From positions 372,001 through 436,000 of the IMG/VR virus record IMGVR_UViG_3300005613_000001: DNA of 64,000 nt; one strand, 5' to 3'. The notes beneath the pieces are model-generated. The model saw only the letters and a list, made by a program, of their open reading frames with translations. It had not been told where the DNA came from and ran no database searches. The translations under genes and the position numbers were made by a program. Of this stretch, positions 57,339-64,000 are shown one piece after another; position 1 is the first letter of the stretch, and every line of letters starts with the position of its first letter.

Positions 57339-59912
57339 TTATATCTCACTATAGTCAATCTCTTCCTCGTCTTTTTCCTTGCTGTAATTTAGGATTTGAA
57401 GATCATATTTCTTCAAGTCGTCTTCCGTAGGATCAGGCAATGATACTTTGGCCGTTTGAGCCCCTTCACCCTGAGATTCACCGTTTCCAGCCTCAGGAGC
57501 ATTTAATTGAGGCGGGCCTTCATTTGAAAATGCAGGACCACCCATTCCACCGCCAGGCATAGGCGGTGCGCCACCCGGAGGTGGCGCACCCATGCCCCCA
57601 GGTTCCAACATTGGGTTCGGACCACCAGGCTGGGAACCAATTTCTTGCTCTCCCTCACCAGGCATTCCAACCCCCAATAGTGCAGGATTTTGCGCCAAAA
57701 CTTGAATTTTTAAGTCTTCAAGTTTTTGTATCTTTAACCTTGATAACTTTTCTTTCGCCTCATCTTCTGAAAGCTTAAGCCAATCAAGATATATGTCGTA
57801 ATCACTGAATAGTTGCGAACCCTTTAAATTAGTAGCATTGTTAATACGGTTAGTAATTACCTCCGCCCGGCTCATTTCTCGCCAATCCGAAGGTGCGGTC
57901 ATCTTAATCTTTAAATCTTCGTAAGACTCTTCGGGGAAACCACGTAATTTTAAATGTCTGTCTGCAATATCCCACAAACAATCCTCAATGGATGCTTGGA
58001 GGCGTTCTATTAATCTGGCAAACTTAACATCTTGTGCTGATAATGTAATTCTAGTAGCATTCGGGTCTTCATTGTTAAAATAGTTCTTGGGGAAGTTCAT
58101 AGCCGTAAACAGTTTATTACGGAAATAAATAGCGTCGTCAATTTCGCCCAAGTTTTGAGCACCAGGAAGTGTTTCAACCCGTGTATTAGATTGCGGACGA
58201 ATTGGAATCCAATAATCTTCGTCAGCAGAAGGTGGATGCCATCTTTCCTCAACCTGTGATGCTCCGGGTAATCCCGTTCTACTACTTCCTACCTTCTTCT
58301 TACGGAATTGATCTTTCATTCTCTCCATGAATGCTTCCGCTTTAAATGGTGGTAATCCGCCAACATCAATATAAAATACACGTCGCTCGGGGGCGCGTGT
58401 TAATCTATACACCACCATTGCATCTTCCATGAGCCTTAATTGGTGTGCTGGTCCCCTTGCCGCCTCAATTAATGAAACCCCATAGGGGTAGAATGTTTTT
58501 CTATCATCACCAATACGACCATGCACAACCTGCTCAGGCGAGAACCGGATAGCAGTAGATTGTCGCAATTCTGCCTCTGTTGCCTGAGTCACAGGAGCTT
58601 TAGTTAATGATTCGTGGTCTGGACCTTCTTTACTCTGTTGAAATTCTATTAATCGCCCTTTGGTGGTCTCAATGCGATACATGGATTCAGGCGGTAACAT
58701 CATAACCTTTAGAATTCCATCCTTGGGATTGTCCATATTCGTAACAAGTTCAATAAAAATGTCACCAAAAATAAATAAATTTTTAGCCCAATTCCAAATC
58801 CTTCTGTTAATATTCAACATTTTGTAATGGAAGAGCATGAATTCAAGTTCTTCTTTAACTTCTTCATTCTTCACTTCAATTTTACAAACATGACCGTCAT
58901 CATTAGCTTGGCAGTTGTGGAATACCGCCGATTCACCACAGAAGTTTTCATGATCCCGAACAGACAAATCATATACAGGCATTTCATCCCAAGGAAGAAT
59001 GCCTACAACCCGCCTGTGTTTTTCCTTCTTAGCCAACCAACGTATCTCTTTGAATGAAAAACCAGCCTTGTGAATCCAAGATTCTATTGTTTTCCATTGA
59101 TGGCTCATCTGATTTTGAACTTGCTTGGTAGTCAGCCCAGCAGCAATTAACCTTACGGCTTTATTGACTTCTTCAAACTTGTCTCGTTTTTTGCCTGATT
59201 TCCACTCATCAATGAATTGTCGTTCGTGTTTCCATCCATCAAAAGTGAAAATCCTGGGGAATTGATTGGTTTTTAATTTTGTGAGATTTTGATTTGCAGG
59301 CATCCTATAAAATGGCATTAGTTCGCTGCCAAATTCAAGTTGCCCTGCCATTCTCCATTCACCATTTTTAAGTAAAACCCTATGATCTAAGGTAGAAATG
59401 AAGTGTGTTCCGTCATCAAGTACAATTTTAACCGTCTTTTCAACCTTAACTTTACGAGGCGCATAAGCCCACCCTAAACTGTAATCTTCTTTCTCAAAAT
59501 CCCAACAATAAACTAAAAATTCATCATCAGCCTTATTTTCAGCTAACCATTCAATTGTTTTGGGTCCATCAAACAAAGTGGATATTATAGTGTTGCCCGC
59601 TAAGCACGATTCATCTGCAAATACCGTCATAGCTGTCTCAATTTCAGCTACATTTCTGAGGCGTTCGTACTCCTTGTAACGGCTTTGTCGGTTTGTGACG
59701 GATGATAAATCTACAAAGTCATTCGAATCTCGGAGGCGAATCATGCCTCGGCTTCCACCCCAGAAGCTACCATCTTGGCGAATATCGGGAATTGCATCTG
59801 GCTGAGATACGCCAGCACCCGTTAATTTTTTGTTATCTAATGCTGCGGAAAGGGGATCTTTCGTCCCTAGAGCATATTGAAATAATTTAAAATAGTCCCA
59901 CCACGCGGCCAT
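57339..59912 (-). CDS. T4-like portal protein gp20 containing an intein
   Basis: YPYG.S.IE, QLRLMEDA.V.YR..RAPERRVFYIDVG, EDYWIP, TLPG.QNLGEIDD. Confidence 0.96.
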   Translation of the reverse strand: MAAWWDYFKLFQYALGTKDPLSAALDNKKLTGAGVSQPDAIPDIRQDGSFWGGSRGMIRLRDSNDFVDLSSVTNRQSRYKEYERLRNVAEIETAMTVFADESCLAGNTIISTLFDGPKTIEWLAENKADDEFLVYCWDFEKEDYSLGWAYAPRKVKVEKTVKIVLDDGTHFISTLDHRVLLKNGEWRMAGQLEFGSELMPFYRMPANQNLTKLKTNQFPRIFTFDGWKHERQFIDEWKSGKKRDKFEEVNKAVRLIAAGLTTKQVQNQMSHQWKTIESWIHKAGFSFKEIRWLAKKEKHRRVVGILPWDEMPVYDLSVRDHENFCGESAVFHNCQANDDGHVCKIEVKNEEVKEELEFMLFHYKMLNINRRIWNWAKNLFIFGDIFIELVTNMDNPKDGILKVMMLPPESMYRIETTKGRLIEFQQSKEGPDHESLTKAPVTQATEAELRQSTAIRFSPEQVVHGRIGDDRKTFYPYGVSLIEAARGPAHQLRLMEDAMVVYRLTRAPERRVFYIDVGGLPPFKAEAFMERMKDQFRKKKVGSSRTGLPGASQVEERWHPPSADEDYWIPIRPQSNTRVETLPGAQNLGEIDDAIYFRNKLFTAMNFPKNYFNNEDPNATRITLSAQDVKFARLIERLQASIEDCLWDIADRHLKLRGFPEESYEDLKIKMTAPSDWREMSRAEVITNRINNATNLKGSQLFSDYDIYLDWLKLSEDEAKEKLSRLKIQKLEDLKIQVLAQNPALLGVGMPGEGEQEIGSQPGGPNPMLEPGGMGAPPPGGAPPMPGGGMGGPAFSNEGPPQLNAPEAGNGESQGEGAQTAKVSLPDPTEDDLKKYDLQILNYSKEKDEEEIDYSEI
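58914..59606 (-). mobile_element. intein (231 aa) in portal protein
   Basis: ES|CLAGNT start, T.DH block B, VYDLSV..HENF....VFHN|C end. Confidence 0.92.
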
Positions 59913-59951
59913 AATGATACCTTCCTAATCTTTTTAATATAGTTATTAGAG

Positions 59952-60269
59952 CTAGGAAGCATTTTCGGATTTTATGTACTTCTTGGCATTTTTAAGAGTG
60001 TTCTTAAGATGATATGCATAGGTGTCTGCACTGATTCTACGCCTAAAGAACAACCACCTTAAGTGTTGCTTCCATTCTTTTACAGATTTAAAGTGAGCAA
60101 ACCACATTGGACTGGAGGCGGGCTCATAATAAAGATCGCCTGGGAAATCTTCGTCAGGTTCCCAATCCGTTTGTTTTATCCAAGGCATTTCTTTTATTCT
60201 AAGTATAGCCCGTTTGTATTCATCCTTGTCTATTTTCTCGTTATACATCATCCATCGCAAATACTTCAA
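59952..60269 (-). CDS. hypothetical protein
   Basis: coupled to upstream ORF. Confidence 0.65.
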   Translation of the reverse strand: MKYLRWMMYNEKIDKDEYKRAILRIKEMPWIKQTDWEPDEDFPGDLYYEPASSPMWFAHFKSVKEWKQHLRWLFFRRRISADTYAYHLKNTLKNAKKYIKSENAS

Positions 60270-63200
60270 ATAACCCCTTTTAGATTTAAAGTGGGCCAGC
60301 AGCCGAGCATTTTATACTTGGCAAGTTTTTCAGGCATTTTTCTACCTGATGCTTTGACGGCTCTTTCTATTGCTGATAGAGTTTCCAGTGCAGTCTGAGA
60401 ATTGGATCTATTGTTTGCAAGCATCCACATAACCAATTTAATAGCTAATTCTTTATTTTCTGGCTTTGTTCTTAACTCAAGTTCTCTTACTACTTTGCGG
60501 GCATTTAACCGATAATCATATAATTCATATGACACATTCCCTTGTATCTCATCATTCTCAGGAACACCGTGCTTAAATAACAAGTGGAATCTACTTAATG
60601 CTTCCATGTATTGGCGTTTAGAAATTATTTTTGTAGATAGCAACATTTCTGCTAATCTCTTTACATCACTTACATTCTTAAGCCCCATTGCAAGTGCTGT
60701 CTTGTAGTTCATAGTTGGCAACGATTCTAATGATTCACCGTGCTCTCGCGGAACAGTTAAATCAATTCCACTTAAATCGGAACTCCAAGCTTTTGCCCAC
60801 CTGCTCTTTGCCTCGGCTGCTGCTTTTTCACTTATAGAGTTCGATGCTACAAAATAATCAATTAACTTTTCAAATCTTTCTTTTCCTAGCGAGAGCGTAT
60901 CTGCCTTGCTGATATGCTCTGGCCCAGATGCATATGTGAATTGCTCAGGAATTTGTTTAAATACAGGATCTTTTTCAAATGCTTCTCGGGCTTTTACCGT
61001 GGCTAGCCATTTTTCAACAGCCTCATCCTCACTCTCACCAGGCACGTTGCCTTTTTCTACTTGATAACGAATTAAGTTCCTCAACTCCGCCTCTGATTTT
61101 GCTCTTTGAACCAATTGGGCTGTAGTTAAATACATAACGCTGTCGTTACGTTCATGATGACCGAGTTTCTGAAGGTTTTCATCATTCCAGAACCAATCCC
61201 AACGATGAAGTTGATCGTTTATTTCTTGCTGTGTACCTATATTTCCTCTTGCTGCTTGGTGTTTTACCAAAGCATACCATTGATCCTTCCCAAATCCTTC
61301 TATTTGACCCAAAATTAGATCTTTCACAGGCGTCCATCTTATTTGATCCGGCAATTGTGATACTTGTTTGTGATAAGGATATAGAATATCTAATTTTTGC
61401 AAGTCCTCAGGCTTTGGTATAGGTCTATCTTTGCTTGAATATTTTGGAACATTAACTGGCGAATGTCTAATTAGATTTCTTACTACATCTATTTTGGCTC
61501 TCAATGCTCTCCAGGGTCCATGTAGCCAAGCCTGATATTTTGGATCTCTTATAAGTGCTTCCAACCGTTCATTAATTTGTTGCAATTGAGTTTGTGTCAT
61601 TGCAATATGGTCACTTATCCGCTGATTGCCTGCGGTCTTTATAGAACCCTTAAGAACTTTTTGTTCAAAGGTGGTTGAAAGTGTATGGAATGATTGAATA
61701 ATTTTAGCTAAATAGCCAAGTCCAATATGAATCTTCTGCCAAGAGTCGTCATAATTTCGACGCGAAGCTTTACCCAAATTGTCCATTAGCTCACTTTTTA
61801 CAGCTTCAATTGCTCTGCGTATACCAATCATGGTTCTTTCTAAAGAACCTGCCGACGTGTGATAATCAATTTCCCGACCCTTGCGTTGTTTTCCTTTCTC
61901 CCGAATATATTGAAACCTTCCATGATCAACGTCATAAGCAGTTGTTTGATAACCACCTTTAAAGTCTGTCCAATTGCTTACATGTTTCTCAGGAATATCC
62001 TCATCTTCTGGAATCCCGTTTGCTTTTTTGAAGTGAGCTTTTAAAAATCCCTCCCACTCACCTTGCTTTTCAAAGGGAATGTCCTCACTTTCATAAGGAT
62101 CAATACCATGCTTCTTTTTAAATTGTGTCATTAAATCATAGTATTGTATTTTGGGGCGACCATGTGGTGATCTAGGATCAATATGTGATTGATTGTCAAT
62201 TTGCGCAATTGGAATTAAAGAACCCGAATCAAAAAACACACCCTGTTTGGGTTCCCCCGAGTGTATAACACTCCAACCCTGACGATCTGTAAAACCATCA
62301 ATTCCCAACCCTCTTAAAACTGCCGTCCACTCCCTCCACTTTTTCGCCTTTGACCCTTTGGGCATCACACCAGCTTTAATATCTTTAACCTGTAAATCGT
62401 CCAACTCAACCCAATCACGTTCGTTCTTACCTGGAATATGACTGGGCAGTTCAACGTGTGCTAAATTTTTATCTTTGTTGACCTTAAGAACTGTTGCTTC
62501 TTTCCCTGCATATTTGCCATTTGCAATATAAACCTTTTTGCCTTTTTCTATTTGTTTGCTTCGTTCTAACTTTCTACCCACGTCCTTTGCTTGTGGAAGT
62601 CCTAGCCCCAAAAGTGGGTGGCCGCTAGTTTTTACAATACCCTTCTTTTTCTTCTCTTTCCTCTCACTAGCTAAACTGCTTGCCATCCATAAAATAAATC
62701 CCGCCCCATTTTTAGTCCTACTTTGGTCTGTATTCCAAAGTGTTTCGTATAATGCGTTAAACCAACTTAAGTGGTTGGCCTCTGCATATTTTTTAATTCT
62801 TTGATGGAAAGGAAACTTAGCTTTATTGATAATAGGATCAACTACATCTCGCTTATAGTTACTCACAAATTTATTGAGGCGGCGCAAAACAAGAGTTGCT
62901 ACTTTTTTCCATTCTTCTGATTGAACTACATCTTGTAGGCTTTGTCCTGATTTCTTTTCTTTAGCATTACGTAACGCAACGAGTTTTTCCCAATGCTGTA
63001 CTGTTTTGTTTTTACCATATGCATCATCGCCAAAATAATTAAGAGCGGCTTTATTCTCCCCTTCTAAATCAAATACATCTTTCATAGAAACCGTCTCAGG
63101 GGCTTCTGGATGTTTCTCAAGATAATGGTCCGTATGCTGAACTGTTAAATCTCCAAAATTTGCGTCACGATACTTTGTGAGTCGTTCGTGCCAATTATCA

Positions 63201-64000
63201 TAATGACCATCTATATCCACTCTTTGAAGAAAGCTTCTGAGGGCAGACACATGTTCGTCCTCTGTGGCTTTCTCATCGTGTGTTTCTCCCATGCCTTGCA
63301 AGAAATTAAAGGCCATTTCCCTATCTGCTTGTATTGCTAAAATGCCTTTATTCGGATCAATAGTGCCATGATTGGCATAGTGGGCCGACATCTTGTTTAT
63401 TACCGTTCCCAATTTGTCTTCTAATTGTTTTAGGATGGCTTCCTTATGTGGCGTTGTTTTGAAATCCACAGCTTCGGGTAATTGTTTAATTCCTAAATAT
63501 TGGTGTGCCCAAGCCATAATTTTCTTACGCTCTTCCTGTAGTATGTCGTGAAAATCAGGTTTTATTTTCCGTATTTCCTCTCTAATTTCTTCAACTTCTT
63601 GACGAAGATGGGGGAAACTGTACATGCGACTGCCACTATAGTAGCCACCATTGGGCCGCTGTTTTTTTCTTTTTCCCTCTTTTACAGAGGTTGAATAAAT
63701 TGCAGGTTTTCTACCTCGGGATTTAGAATAGGTTCTTCTAATTTTAAATACTTGCGCAAAGGGGCGTTCTTTAAAGCCTCCCTTTGCACTATCATCAATG
63801 ACAGCCTGAATTGGATAAGCATAGATTCCCAAAGGCGTACTACCATCGTCTGCATCTGGATTAACGCCTAATTTATCTACTTGTGTGAAGGCAACCCAAA
63901 TATCTCTTTCAGGAGTTCCCTTCCTTATCTCGCTGGCTAGAATTTGTTTTAATAACCGTATTTTGTCATTATGTCGCCAATTTCTTCGTGTGACTGGATC
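60266..64000 (-). CDS. very large phage protein, 5'-truncated by window (>1240 aa)
   Basis: frame open to 64000; KLGVNP..TPLGIYAYP, KOW-like segment, GIDGFTD..IH..EP.Q.VFF. Confidence 0.85.
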   Translation of the reverse strand, partial: DPVTRRNWRHNDKIRLLKQILASEIRKGTPERDIWVAFTQVDKLGVNPDADDGSTPLGIYAYPIQAVIDDSAKGGFKERPFAQVFKIRRTYSKSRGRKPAIYSTSVKEGKRKKQRPNGGYYSGSRMYSFPHLRQEVEEIREEIRKIKPDFHDILQEERKKIMAWAHQYLGIKQLPEAVDFKTTPHKEAILKQLEDKLGTVINKMSAHYANHGTIDPNKGILAIQADREMAFNFLQGMGETHDEKATEDEHVSALRSFLQRVDIDGHYDNWHERLTKYRDANFGDLTVQHTDHYLEKHPEAPETVSMKDVFDLEGENKAALNYFGDDAYGKNKTVQHWEKLVALRNAKEKKSGQSLQDVVQSEEWKKVATLVLRRLNKFVSNYKRDVVDPIINKAKFPFHQRIKKYAEANHLSWFNALYETLWNTDQSRTKNGAGFILWMASSLASERKEKKKKGIVKTSGHPLLGLGLPQAKDVGRKLERSKQIEKGKKVYIANGKYAGKEATVLKVNKDKNLAHVELPSHIPGKNERDWVELDDLQVKDIKAGVMPKGSKAKKWREWTAVLRGLGIDGFTDRQGWSVIHSGEPKQGVFFDSGSLIPIAQIDNQSHIDPRSPHGRPKIQYYDLMTQFKKKHGIDPYESEDIPFEKQGEWEGFLKAHFKKANGIPEDEDIPEKHVSNWTDFKGGYQTTAYDVDHGRFQYIREKGKQRKGREIDYHTSAGSLERTMIGIRRAIEAVKSELMDNLGKASRRNYDDSWQKIHIGLGYLAKIIQSFHTLSTTFEQKVLKGSIKTAGNQRISDHIAMTQTQLQQINERLEALIRDPKYQAWLHGPWRALRAKIDVVRNLIRHSPVNVPKYSSKDRPIPKPEDLQKLDILYPYHKQVSQLPDQIRWTPVKDLILGQIEGFGKDQWYALVKHQAARGNIGTQQEINDQLHRWDWFWNDENLQKLGHHERNDSVMYLTTAQLVQRAKSEAELRNLIRYQVEKGNVPGESEDEAVEKWLATVKAREAFEKDPVFKQIPEQFTYASGPEHISKADTLSLGKERFEKLIDYFVASNSISEKAAAEAKSRWAKAWSSDLSGIDLTVPREHGESLESLPTMNYKTALAMGLKNVSDVKRLAEMLLSTKIISKRQYMEALSRFHLLFKHGVPENDEIQGNVSYELYDYRLNARKVVRELELRTKPENKELAIKLVMWMLANNRSNSQTALETLSAIERAVKASGRKMPEKLAKYKMLGCWPTLNLKGVI

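Overview
Segment of a large, AT-rich T4-like (jumbo) phage genome. It contains the head module (portal gp20 with an intein, a prohead-core-like protein, protease gp21, scaffold gp22, major capsid gp23) and a long accessory region. The accessory region holds glycan-modifying enzymes, a three-gene two-component signalling cassette, Hsp20, an McsA-like protein, many exported peptidases, two DNA methyltransferases and homing endonucleases. Several exported proteins look Planctomycetota-like (inference). The centre is a phage-encoded type I-C CRISPR-Cas locus with no cas1/2/4 in the window. Its order on the minus strand is mini-array, cas5, cas8c (with internal cas11), cas7, leader, 18-repeat array, cas3, solitary repeat. 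Best new observations: (1) an intact group I ribozyme at 48459-48654 that interrupts no gene, and whose internal guide sequence matches a site 17 nt DOWNSTREAM of its own 3' splice site (permuted geometry); (2) the cas5 5'UTR reads as a crRNA-like guide with a 12-nt, PAM-flanked match to the predicted cas operon promoter; (3) old CRISPR units are trimmed to a constant 33-35 nt guide length; (4) more than a dozen proteins carry T4-type capsid-targeting N-termini. All calls come from reading motifs by eye; no searches or folding programs were run.
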